NCBI GenBank assembly: GCA_964234715.1
Contig: OZ174275.1
Length of the DNA: 64,000 nucleotides
Origin: Podarcis melisellensis
Taxonomy: Eukaryota
Reading direction: 5' to 3' (one strand)
Part shown: in pieces, positions 38,701-50,600 of the stretch
How positions within the stretch are numbered: position 1 is the stretch's first letter
Layout of the letters: the number at the start of each line of letters is the position of its first letter
Notes under the pieces: model-generated
Databases searched by the model: none
The model's input: the letters and a program-made list of their open reading frames with translations, nothing else
Told to the model about the DNA's origin: nothing
Translations under genes and position numbers: made by a program

Positions 38701-39613
38701 TGTATGTGGCTGTACTCTCCCTTGGGTAAAAGTGTGCATCATCCCCCTTTAAAAATAATGGGCAGACATGTTGCTGCCCCAGCAACAATGCACCACACCC
38801 CTACACTATGAGAGCATAAGTACAAGTTACCAAGCTATCGGCACTAAATTGAGGTTAAGGCTAACATGCAAAATGATTGTTCCCACTGGTAGTGCTTTCT
38901 TCGTCCTCACAATTCAAGCCCTTTGCTGATGCTACTCACAGAACCAAGACAAACATCCCTCTCTTAGGTGTCCCATCTCAGCAATACCTCTCTCTGGAGC
39001 CGTGCAATGACCACTTGGAAGCTGGGCCAGGAATCTACCAGTATCTCCTGATGGAAAGCGTTTCCCTGGCACACGTTCAGCACAGCCCCATGGACCTGGT
39101 GGGACAAGAGGGAGGAGGCACGGCAGGGCCATTTCAGCTATCTTGATGTAACAGAAACAGCATTAAAAGAATTCAGATGTGTTCCTGGTTTCTTTCAAAT
39201 GTCGCCTGTCAGTTTTGTGGCCAGCCTTGCCATTAACCTTGTCGGTGGTCAGTTGATCCATGAAGCCAACAGTGAGTCATGACATTGCCAGCCCAACCTT
39301 ATCTGCCATTTTCTGGAAAGCCCTTGTGCCCAGAGTACAGTTCCTTGATCCCCTGACATTTCCAGCTCTAAAGTATAAGAAAGAAACCACTACTCCCTTC
39401 CCTCAGATTCTTGAAGAGGTATCTGTCAAAGACTGGGCTCCTGGTGGTGTTCACATTAAGCTTTGGGTTGGAATCATTGCCCAAGCAGAGGTTCTGCAAC
39501 TGCCTGGCAAAGAACAGAGGATGATGCCATCTCACCTTTAGAGATTCGGGGAAGCAGCTCCTCAGCTCTTTCTTCAGCACTCGAAGCTCATCCTTGTTGA
39601 CTAACACCAGCAT
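35739..39613 (-). CDS. Glycine N-acyltransferase-like protein (GLYATL3-like), 284 aa
   Basis: Coding exons 39613-39536, 39095-38988, 38043-37917, 37565-37436, 36150-35739. GT-AG introns, 855 nt in frame. Motifs FPESLKVHGAVLNV, LVDSWPSF, AIDWKQEFLLQGLQ, HAALLNETWSVGGNEQS and DQFGCLTHAYTMPAHRGKG are typical of the GLYAT family. AATAAA (-) at 35704-35709. Confidence 0.9.
36596..36731. mobile_element. hAT-type palindromic MITE
   Basis: TIRs CAGGCTTCCTCAAACT(T/C)GGCCCTCCAGATG; 8-bp TSD ATTTAATA/ATTTAGTA (one mismatch). Confidence 0.85.
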
Positions 39614-40094
39614 CCTCAGAGTAGGCTGGGCCTGCAGATGCTCCAGAAATGAAGACAAAGACCAATGGTGCTTGGGGTGAAAGGATCTAACCTTCCCTTA
39701 TACTTCCCTTTCAGCAATAATCTCCCATGGCAGAAAAAGCAACACACATTTTAATGATGCTGGGATGTAGAAGTTTGCCAGTCTCAGATTTACTTGGGTC
39801 ATATGACTGGGTAAATGCCACAGAACACAGACAATGAGCTGTACAAAATGGCACTGCTGTGCCTCCTTTCACACCTGGGCACTTGGAAATTGGAGTAAGT
39901 GCATTCAAGGTTAGTAACAGCTTGATCAGTAACAGGGTTCTGTCTCAACAGAGTCAGGAGTTTCTGATGAATTCAAAGTCCAAGGCAAAATAACTTTTGA
40001 CTAAGTCATCTTGGGACATCATCTAGCAAGCTAGCTTGTTCCTGAGGCCTTCCCCTTCATTTGTTTGAGAGAATCACCTGGAGCTACTTCAACG

Positions 40095-40387
40095 CAGGGG
40101 CGTAGCTAGCTGCTCTGGCACCCGGAGGGACAGGGGCGCCACAGCAATCTACCCAGGGGGGTGGCTGGCAAGCTGCCCACGGAGTCCGCCTGGCAGACAC
40201 AAGCCCCATGCCGCTGTTTCAGGCAGTGCGGGCTCCCAAGCCACTGCGTCACTCCCAGGAGAGACGTGTGGCTCAGGCGCACTGCAGGCTAGGCCCCGCA
40301 GTAAGTGATGCCCCCCACGGTGTGCCATTTTGTCACCCCCTCAGGGATGACACACGGGGCGGATCGCACCCCCTTCCTATGCCCCTG
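40095..40387. mobile_element. Probable non-autonomous DNA transposon
   Basis: CAGGGGCGTAG...CTATGCCCCTG inverted termini around a GC-rich insert in AT-richer context; no clear TSD. Confidence 0.55.
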
Positions 40388-42199
40388 TTTCTATATTAAC
40401 CCAACTTTCTGCAACACACCTATGCTCTGCTGGTAGCAGCCTGCATCCAACTTTCCTGGATTTTGGAATAGAGAGTAAATCAAATGGCATCTTATTTTTC
40501 TAAACTCTCCCAAGTGCTCTCAAACAGAAGAAAGGAGCACAATGTATTAAGTGGAGGAAGGAAGCACCAGATCACTCTGGAGAAATTTCAGAATTCAAGT
40601 CTTTCATTGATTGCCTTTCATGTTAATTTACACTGGCATCTGTCACACAACATTCATGCAGGAATAACTTTTCTGCAGGTGCGCTAGCATTGACGGCAGT
40701 GTTCAGTGTTTCCCAAATGCCAAGCACAGGACTTGGAATGCCCTTAGAGCTAGGGTCCTGGGCCTTTACTATTTGCACATGGTTGGGGCATGTGTGCATC
40801 AGCCAATGCGTCTTCTGCTTATCTCTCCATAATGAACGGCATCTGTCCCAATTCTCTCTTACTCAGCTGTTAAAGGTACAAGGAGCTTGTCCTGTGTGTC
40901 TGACAACCCTACACCAGTCAATAAAAGATTCTAGCTCCAGTGTGGACCCTTGGCACAATCTGATTTCTTTGTAATGGCAAAGCAAGACCCAGATATGTAG
41001 AAATCAACCTTGTTGAATATATCAAAAAGCAAAAGTATAACTTATCATATTAAAACCTAGCAGGAGAAGCAGCAGCTGTCAGTGCTAGAAAGGCAGCTTA
41101 GATCTGAACTAAAAACACCAAAATACCTAATTGTGGTGTGTGGAGCTCTGTAGTGCTCCCATCTCTTCCTTAATTGGGCACTTACCGTCTGCAAAATGAT
41201 ATGAGGATGTTTCTGGATTCCGTTCTGGGGACCTTGCAAAAGGGAAAGGAAATATTCTCTTCAGCAGGGTCTCTTACCTGCCAGGTACAATGTAAAGGGC
41301 TAGAGTCCTCTTGTCAGTCTACTACACATTCATCAGAGGCAGTTAGGGGCGAAGCGAGAAGGCGGAGAGTCCTCTGCCAGATTGTTCTCATGCAGCAGAC
41401 AAATGATTCATTCCCACATTTTCTGAGCCCACAGGGGAAATGGTTCAACCTAGCTTGGAAACAGTTATCCTGTCCCTGTCAAACATGTATTTTTATTTAT
41501 TTATTGGTTAATTATTAAACACATTAAAACACATCCCTAACATCCTAGTTAAGAAGGTGAAGAAGAATGTAAATGACAAAGCAGAAAAAAACTGAAGCTG
41601 GAGAAATTTGTGGCCAGCAGCCAGCTAGCACAAATGAGGACTAGGACGAAATCAAGATGAGAACAAAGCCTGCAAATGATGCAATGTAGGTGGGGGGTGT
41701 TCTCCACAGGTCGCACATGTTTAGCAAGGCCTCAGAAGGACCCTTATTTACTTTAAAAAGTGCACAACAATATATTTGAATTATATCTATTTATCTAGTG
41801 AAAATATCAGCCGTGTGTGGATATATAAAACTAAAACGATAAATTTTATACACAATCCTACTATAGTATGTAAAATGTAAATATGCAAAATTCTTACATA
41901 ATTACATTTTGTCTTTAGTTCACTCACTTCCCATGTTTTTGTAATCACTCAGACACTCATAATTTAATCACACCCTTTTATTTGCAATCTAGCTATCATG
42001 AGGAAATTGACAAAGCCTCGGCACACGTACCTGGGAGTCATTTCCATTGAACTCAATGGAGCATATAGGATTGCATTGTAAAGATGCAATACGAAGTGCA
42101 ATTACTAGGGCAGAGCTTTCCAAACTTTTCATGTTGGTGACATGATTAGCAGTATGCAATAACTACTACGTTATCTGCAGACTCAGTAGCTCCTGTACG

Positions 42200-42800
42200 A
42201 AGGCAAGGAGCTCCCCCGCAGACTAGGGAGACGCAACAGGCGCGCAAAGAAAAACGCGCAGGCGCAGACTGGGCTCAGGACGCTACTTGGGACAGGAGTT
42301 GAGAGCCCAGATCCGCGCAAGGCAGCAGCGCCGCCCGCCCCTTTGTTTACAATAAGTATAGCCGGCCGAGGCTGAGCCCGAGTCCTTCCGAAAGACTTCG
42401 GCTGCCGCCAGCCGCGTCCGAAGCCGGATACGGAAATAACCGACGACATCCGGCATCCGCCGAAGGGATCTTCGGCGGCTCATCCGTAGGCTACGGAGAC
42501 GCACGAAGGTTGCCTCGAAGCAAAACTCGGGCGAGGAGCCATCATGGCGGACCAGGTCGAGCAGCTCCGGGCGGATGGCATCCAGAAGCGGTTGGTGCAG
42601 GAAGGCCGAGGGCCCCAACCAGATTACCAAGATGGTACCAAGGTGAGAGAGGACGGTTTCTCAGGGCTGAGGCAAATAACGGAACGAGGCCGGAGGAACG
42701 CGCATGCGCAAGCGAGCGGCGATGACGCACGACGAGGCTAAAATACGCGTGCGCGGTGAAGATAGTGGGGTGCGGGGTTTGCGAGTTGAGTTTGTTACCC
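42200..42800. promoter_or_regulatory. CpG-island promoter of AIP
   Basis: CpG-rich, with NRF1-type GCGCAGGCGC (~42256) and GCGCATGCGC (42700-42709) and several CGGAA ETS cores. Confidence 0.75.
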
Positions 42801-45800
42801 ACGCTTTATACATCTAGAATTTTGCTAACTCGAGGCTGATTCGTGCCTGCCTTCGAGATGGAGGGATTCTTCCCCCACCTCGCCCATAAATGTGCATTTT
42901 GCAAGCTGTGCTTCCAAGTCCACTTCGAATATGTGACGGGAAGGAAGTATGTGTGTGTATGTGGGGGGGGTGTCTTATTTATTTAATAAAATGTATACAC
43001 TGCTTGGGGGACGCGGGTGGCGCTGTGGTCTAAACCGCAGAGCCTAGGGCTTGCCGATCAGAGGACCCTGCCTCAACCTTCAAAACAGGATCATATTTGC
43101 AATGAGAACAGATTTGGTGCTTGTAAACTGAATATGCGCATTAAAATAGGATAAAGCCACACCTGTGCTATCGGTAAACAGTTTACAGATTAATCTGCGT
43201 AATTGGATAGTGAAGACACTTGACATGTGTTGCTTCTCCCAGTCCTAGTATGTGTGAGAGAAACCTTTATTCCTTTAAGAAGGGCCATAGGTGAGTAGCA
43301 GATCAGGTGCTTTGTATACAGGTTCTGCACCAGGCATCTCCAATTAAAAGGAACAGATAGGAAGGGAGAGGAAAGGGCCTCCTCTTCCCGAGACCCTGTT
43401 GAGCAGCTGCTGCTAGTCAGAGCACGCAACCCTAAACTAGGGGGCAAATAGTCTGATCTGCTATAAAGTAGCTTCCTGGGATAAAAGTCACCTAAGCCAT
43501 CTTCAGCTAGTAGCAGATCTGTGTTTATAAGACGCTGAAGCCCCTTCCTGCATTTACACTTCCTAATGCAGTAAACTCCTCCCCCCTTTATTCTCTGCCT
43601 GAGAATTTGGGGGACAGAGACATTTATTATCATTTCCTACAGCTTCATGAATAACAGTTTCTTCTGGCCCAGTAGCTTGTGAGACCTGCTGCTCAATCCA
43701 CCTGCATAGCAGTATGGTTTGGTTAGTGGGCTGGTACAGGCTTGCGTTTAAGTCGTAGCCATGGGTGGCCAGGACTTGCATGTAGGTGAGTGAATGGGCT
43801 AGCAGAGGAGGGAATGGAGTGCTCTGTTCGTCTGCATCCGGCTTGGTACTACAACTCTACAGTCTTTCTTTGCCAGCTCCCAGCTGGCTACTAAACATTT
43901 TTGTAGGCTAGGTCACTTTTCTGGGCTTATTTAAAACCCTGGGCTAGGACTTTCTATATCTATTTGCTGGTTGATTTGACCAGTTATTTAAATGGATGTT
44001 GAGAATCAAATTTGTATTTATTTAATGCTTCCCATATAAAATCCCAAAGTGATTTAGCAACATCCATTTGTTTGTGTGTGTGTGTGTGTGTGTACATGTC
44101 AAGGACAGATACAGACGGGGTGTGTGTGGTGGAATGCCACTTGAAAAGCTTATTGTAGAAAATGAAGGTTATTTGATAGGCACCGAAAAGATGAAAGAGT
44201 TGGTGTCTGCTTGATGCCATGAAATGGAGCTTCATAGGGTAGGTACCACCATGTTAAAGGTCCAGTTCCTACAGTGCATGGGATGGATCAGCTAATAAGC
44301 TGAAATTTCTACAAACTCTGTTCTGAGCTTGATTACACTAACTCTTTCACTTGTATACAGTGAGGGCAATGTACTGTGTTATTAGCTTTATTCGTCATAT
44401 TAGAAGTTGGTGTGATACCACGCCAGTCCCTTGATCCAACCACTCTGCTTCCCCTTCTCTTCAGGTGACCTTCCACTACCGCACACTGCTTTGCAGTCCG
44501 GACCAGCGAGTCTTGGATGACAGCCGTACCCGAGGGAAGCCCATGGAGCTCATCATTGGCAAGAAATTCAAGCTGCCCGTTTGGGAGACTATCCTGCACA
44601 CCATGAGAGAGGGAGAGATGGCTGAGTTCTTGTGTGACACAAAGGTAATCCTTGTGGGATGATCAGCCTCATAGAATTGTTGAGTTGGAAGGGACCATGA
44701 GGGTCATCTAGTCCAATGCCCTGCAATGCAGGAAGTGGGGCTCAAACCCATGACCGTGAGATTAAGAGTCTCCTCCTCTACCAACTGAGCTATCATAGAA
44801 CCAACATTCTTAAGTCTTAATTAATGCATGAAGGGGTTAATGCCACAGAATAAGCTGTCCTGCCAGGCTTAGTTAGGTCACTTCCCCTGAAGGCATCAAT
44901 CCTATTGTACTAACCTCCAGGCACATCTACCTGAGAAGCTCAGCATGGCTCTCACAAACCACTCTTTTGAGTTCCTAGACCAATCATTTAGAAACTTTAA
45001 CCACTTTGTAACTTAGCCAACTTTTAGTGTCTGTGCAACTTTATGAAGCCATTCGAAGTCAGTAAACCATTTTTAACTTACCCAATGTGTGGTCTTTTTC
45101 TGTGTTAGGGGAGGAAGAAAACTTTGGAAGGAGCTTGGAAGGGTGTATTATGAAGGTCTAACAACTTATATTTCCACACTTTATTTTGCTGTATATTTTG
45201 CTATTTTAAATCTGCTGGGGTTCTCTCACTAAACAGTACTTCCCTCAGACTTGGATCTTGGCATCCAGGTACTCTTCTTTCTATATACCTGTTTTTAAGT
45301 TGAACCCAGAGCCCCCACTTCTGCAGCAAGCTAGCTTGGTCTAGTGTGGGAAGTGGCTTAGACATACCAGGCAAGGAGAGGTCTCTTCCCTAGCCCTGGC
45401 ATCTGTAGTTTCCCTAACACATCCTTATGCTTTCTTGGTGCAGAATTGGAGTTTCCTTGGCTGCAGCTTTCAGGATTCTCCTTCCACAACTCACAACTAA
45501 GTATTTGGATCTGGCACAGGTGATGGAATGCCAGATTTGTTCTTTTTGGAGAGACAATACACCATTTCAGCATGTGCACAAAATTTTATCTCATATCTTT
45601 GGGGCTGATGGTATTCCCTGGGAGAGGTTCTACTCTCCTAGCAAGAAGGACTATGCCTGATCTTTTCTTTCTTTCTCTCCAGCATGTGGTCTTGTACCCA
45701 ATGGTGTCAAAGAGCTTGAGGAACATTGCGGCTGGGAAGGATCCACTGGAGGGACAACGGCATTGCTGTGGCATTGCTCAGATGCATGAGCATCACTCCC

Positions 45801-47695
45801 TGGGTTACCCAGACCTCGATGAGCTGCAGCAGAACCCCCAGCCCCTCATCTTTGCCATTGAGATGCTCAAGGTGAGGGGAAGGAAAGGTGAGGTCCTCTG
45901 GGACAGTCAGAATCAGGAGAGTGATGGCTCTCTTGTGTATTTGGGAGTTTCTCCTGTATGTGGGTGTATGGATGTGCAAGAAGGGAGGAGAAAGCTGATT
46001 CCCAACAGATCTGTCTTGGTCTCTGCTTTTATTTTCTTGGCTAAGTCCATGAGATAATTTTGCTAGCTTTTTAAAGGTACCACACAGGGATGAAGCAGCA
46101 GCTGCCTACTGAGAACCCTCCTATTATTTCACTTCCCCCCAGTTTCATAAATCTCATCAAAGACGTGTTTTTTTCTTACCTGTGCCCTGGGATGCAGAAG
46201 GCACACAGTCAGATGGGCTCTTACAGTGCTCACATTGCCCCCGCTATCTAACCCAGCCTGCTGCCTTTGTGCCTTGCTTAGGTGGAAGTTCCTGGCACAT
46301 ACCGGCAAGATCCTTGGGCCATGTCAGATGACGAGAAAGTGAAGGCCGTGCCCCTGATCCACCAGGAAGGCAATGAGCTCTACAAGGAAGGCAAAGTGCA
46401 GGAGGCAGCTGCCAAGTACTATGATGCCATCGCTTGCCTCAAGAACCTGCAGATGAAGGTGACTGAAGGCGCGTCTTCCTCACACCCTAGTGCAGCTTCA
46501 CTTTTGTCTACACATTTGTGTTAAGAGGGTGGGTGTGTCAGCTCCGAATGTAGCAGGGATCCAACCTCCCTTGCATCATGCTGCAGAGGCAGATGTGAGT
46601 TGTGGATTGATAAGCAGGATTGGCACCGCATAAAGGGCAGCCCTGCTTCCTGCGCAGTTCCTCCCGTCTTTCACTCCATAAGGTCTGCTCTAATGGCAGA
46701 GCTTCCAGGAGGCCACTCCTTTTCAGTCAACAGGGCCCTTGGTTGTGCTGCCCAGCCATCATAGCACCTCTGTTCTCATATGTAGGGGAACCTTTGAAAT
46801 CCTCCAGCTGTGCCTCACACTCCTTTCCTTGTCCTGTACCCCAGGAGCAGCCCGGATCCCCAGACTGGATCCAGCTGGACCAACAAATCACCCCTTTGCT
46901 GCTGAATTACTGCCAGTGTAAGCTGTTGAACGAGGAGTATTACGAGGTGCTGGATCACTGCTCCTCTATTCTCAACAAGTATGAAGGTAAGGCATTTGGC
47001 TGGCCACACCATGCCCTAGTGGGGACTGGGAAGCAGCTCTGAAAATAGGGAGTTGTGGGATTTGATTAATCTAACTTTGTGTTGTGAGGGACTGCATGTG
47101 GGGGCAGAGGCGACCTACTGTGGTTTTAGAGAGCCTGCCTGGTATAGTGGTTAACGTGTTGGACTAGGACCTGGGAGACCAGGGTGCAAATCTCTCAGAC
47201 ATGAAGCTCACTGGGTGACCTTGTGCTATGCTAGTCACTGTCTCCTAGCCTATCCAACCTCACAGGGTTGTGAAGATAAAATGAGAAGGGGAGAACCCTG
47301 GTGCACCACCTAGGGGAAAAGGTGTGATATGTGTCATTTTAAATAAATAAGAGAGTCCTTGCATGTAACTGGGGTTGAGGGGGGAGCTTCGTATTGTGCC
47401 CTGGTTGAAAGTGGAATAGACCACTGGGTGGGCCTGGTCAGAGTGTACGGAGCCTGCCTGCATTACTCAGGTGCTGGCTCTCCCCGCAGATAACGTCAAA
47501 GCCTACTTCAAGCGAGCCAAGGCCCATGCTGCTGTTTGGAATGCAACCGAAGCGCAGGCTGACTTTGCCAAGGTCTTGCAGCTGGATCCGTCGTTGGGCC
47601 CTGTGGTTGCCCGGGAGCTGCGTAGCCTGGAGACCCGCTTACGTCAGAAAGAAGACGAGGACAAGATCCGTTTCAAAGGCATATTCTCCCAGTAG
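42544..47695 (+). CDS. AIP: AH receptor-interacting protein (FKBP-like domain + TPR), 330 aa
   Basis: Exons 42544-42642, 44465-44644, 45683-45871, 46282-46458, 46845-46986, 47490-47695. 993 nt in frame: [76 protein letters not shown]...RFKGIFSQ*. Confidence 0.97.
43008..43063 (+). mobile_element. 5' head fragment of a Sauria-SINE-like element
   Basis: GGGACGCGGGTGGCGCTGTGGTCTAAACC...GGGCTTGCCGATC; matches the head of the inverted copy near 60350. Confidence 0.65.
44669..44793 (-). mobile_element. tRNA-derived SINE (tRNA-Lys-like head, CR1-like tail)
   Basis: On -: ATAGCTCAGTTGGTAGAG...GACTCTTAATCTC...GGTTTGAGCCCCAC, then CCCTTCCAACTC...TTCTATGA. Confidence 0.7.
47129..47350 (+). mobile_element. 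MIR-like tRNA-derived SINE
   Basis: TGGTATAGTGGTTA A-box-like head, CTGGGTGACCTTG and CCTCACAGGGTTGT core motifs, AATAAATAA tail. Confidence 0.6.
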
Positions 47696-50600
47696 CCACC
47701 ATGCCGCCTGCTGCTGTCCCACTCGGGACAGCTGAGGCTTTGCTGTCGGCGCTCTAGGGCCAGGCAGCGCCAATGGACCATGAGACTCCTTGGCTCAGGG
47801 CTAGTGCGGCCCTCCCCTTTGCACACATATTGGGGAAGCCGCCCTTTCTTGTCAGCAAAGTATGTTGCCTCTGTGCAAATAGCAGTATTTGCCAAAGGGA
47901 AGAGGGAGAGAGAAGGGAAGGCTTTCTGATTTCCCAGGCCAAAGAGGAATGTGTCTGCCAGATTAGGTGTGAGCCTCTTATGTTATCCCTCCAAGTGACC
48001 CTTTACCCTGTTCCATTGCACACAGTGCCTTTTCCTGTGTTGCTCATGAAGAGAGAAACTTAGCTTGTGTGAGAGCTGCCAGGAGATACTGTGAGGTATG
48101 CTTTGTGTTGTGGGCCAAGGCTGAATGGGCCATTTATGATGAGAGTTGCATGAAGGTGATCAGTTCTCCCTTTGAGTGCCATTCCTCCTTGCCATGCCCT
48201 CTGTGTGCAGTAGTGCATGTGTTTGCGCTTGTACTCAGTCCATCCTGGCTAGTGTGCAGGTGAGGTTGCCCTTTTCTGGCTGTGTGGGATGATGCCCCAG
48301 GATCCAAATACATCTCCCTTTGCAAGGGAACCTTAAGTGGTGTACTGCTGAGTAAGAAGGAACCAAACCATTGGATGCTCCATACAGCAGGTCTTTTTAA
48401 AGGAAAAAGAGAGACTGCACCTACTGCATTGTGGTTGTTGTGTTGGAAACCCTTGGCTTCTTTAGTTAAAGTGTGTTGTGGTGTGATAGGTCAACCATAG
48501 ACATGTGGTGCCCTGTGCTGCTTTGCAATCTAGGAGGCTCTGCCGAATGCCAGCTTCCCTGTTACTTGATGTAATGGCTGCTGTCAACATTCCTTGTTGT
48601 TCCTGGTGCTTTGTAGCTGGTTGGAGGAAGAGGCACTTTCAAAAACAAATCTGCTAAAATGAAGAACTCTTCATTTCTTTGGGCCTTTAGTACATGACTG
48701 AGAGAGAGGAGTCTTGTGCATGTTGTTTCTTGATGCCTCCAATAGCAAATATTCCAAACTGATGCAGCACAGCAACAGGCCTCAGTCCTTCCTCCCTTCT
48801 CTGAGAGGTAGGGCTTGGGAGCAATAGCAAAAGGTGAGGCCAGCCAACCAGCCCCTGCTAGAATGTATAGATTCGAGCAATATACTGTGCAGCATATTCT
48901 GAAACTCCAAGGGTGACTTTGATTAAGGGTGACTGTTGCCACCTTCTGAAACGGCTAAGCCACATCAAGTAGCACAGGTAATTGTTGGCGCCAGTGACTT
49001 ACCTAAGGCCAAGGGCACACCAGGAGGGCAGTGCCTCATAAGCACCAACTTTCCCTGTGAGTATAGCAGCAGCCAACAGTAAGGGATCATGTCAAAGGCT
49101 CAGAGTGTTTTCCCCTTCCTTCTGTGTGGGAAAAGATGATGGGTGGACATGCCGTCATAAGCAGCTATTTCCCTTTAATTATTTCAGAAACTGAATCAAA
49201 GACAGTCAGATTCACTGAAAGACTTAGGATGCAAAGAACACTTGTTCAGGGCGTTCTTCCGTGAGGAAGGATCTTTGCCCCAACCCACCAAGGTTATTTG
49301 CTTGTTAGAATGGGTTTTGTGCTTGGATTGCCAATCTTGGGTACAGAATCAGTGGAGTTCATACCTGAGCAATGTCAGGACAATGGGCTCTTGTAATGCC
49401 TTGAATCCCTGTTGTATGGCGAGTGTGATTGCAGTCTTTGCCTGGACTGTGAAACTGGCCCTAAAAGTGGGAGATACCATTCACCTACCCAGTTCAAATT
49501 GGATTACTTGTGTTCCTACCAAATACATCTACAGAGCCAATAAGAATGTATGATTTAATTTTTTTTACATCTTCCCAGTTACCTTTCCTTTCAAATCAGT
49601 TTATTCTGTTTTGTTGGTCTGTGCTGTCTCTCTTTAGTATACATCTGTACACAGTGCAGACCCCCCTCCAGACTGTTTTCAGCACCAGTGTGCATAGCAC
49701 GGTCTGTATAGCTGGATTAAAACCTGTAGCTGTCAAGGTGTCCCATAGGGAAAAGGCACCTTGCTTTTTCAAAGTACTGTGTGCCTGTACACTCCAACTT
49801 CTACTCCAGAGGGCAGCCCATTGTTCTGATATTACATGCACTTTCAGAGAAAATGGGATATCATCCAAACACCATACCAAATCAAAATTGAAATGTCATG
49901 AACCAAGCAGAAAGGAACACTTTGTTCATCCTTCTGTGGCTTTAAAATTTGCTACCCAGTGTATATTTAGCCTAGCACATGCCCTAGGGATAAAGTGGGT
50001 GAACAGAGAATGTGGGATCGAACGCCACAGTTGGCACAATCTATTATTTCTGTGCAGCTCCCATTCAGTTCAGCGGCTCTTACACTGGGGAACTTGGCAG
50101 TAGATTGTGCTCAGTAATGGTCATCTAAATAACCACCAGTAGAATTCAGAGTTGTACAATAAAGTTTCCTCTCTACCACAAAGTACTGCAAGAAAACGTT
50201 TTTGCTTATGTTTTTTAATGGTTAGATTATGTATGTTGCCTGTCTTTGAGCTACTGCTTTTTTCTGGACCATATCTATATTTGGAGGAGGTAGGGCTTTG
50301 TTGGTCAGCTTTGAGTCTTATGCTACACCTATCAAAGTCTCTGTACTGCTAGTGCAAATCAGTCGCAGAAGACAAGCCTGGCTAACACAGAATCTTTGGG
50401 AAATAAATTTTAAAAATCATTGTGTTTCTATATTGCAGGTTCAAGTGTATGGTATTTGTTTATATAAAAAACATATTCAAAAGCAATTTGGTGACAGTTC
50501 TGGCATCTTTGGGTCCTGGTGGAAACTAGAAAAGAAGCCAGAGGATTGAAAACGGGTGTGCTTAGTCTAGACCCCCGTTTACCTCTGAATTGCCGTCAGT

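Noticed and set aside
19549-39613. Idea of a functional lipid-metabolism cluster (sPLA2 + MTCH2 + GLYAT-like)
   Set aside because: The products act in different compartments and vertebrate neighbours are rarely pathway-linked. Nothing in the sequence supports co-function beyond proximity.
44735-44793. tRNA-Lys-like sequence on the minus strand
   Set aside because: Degenerate stems and fusion to a CR1-like tail; it is a SINE head, not a tRNA gene.
49510-50103. 197-aa ORF downstream of AIP
   Set aside because: Non-ATG start, no recognisable domain or splice support; probably AIP 3' UTR or intergenic (AATAAA at ~50158).
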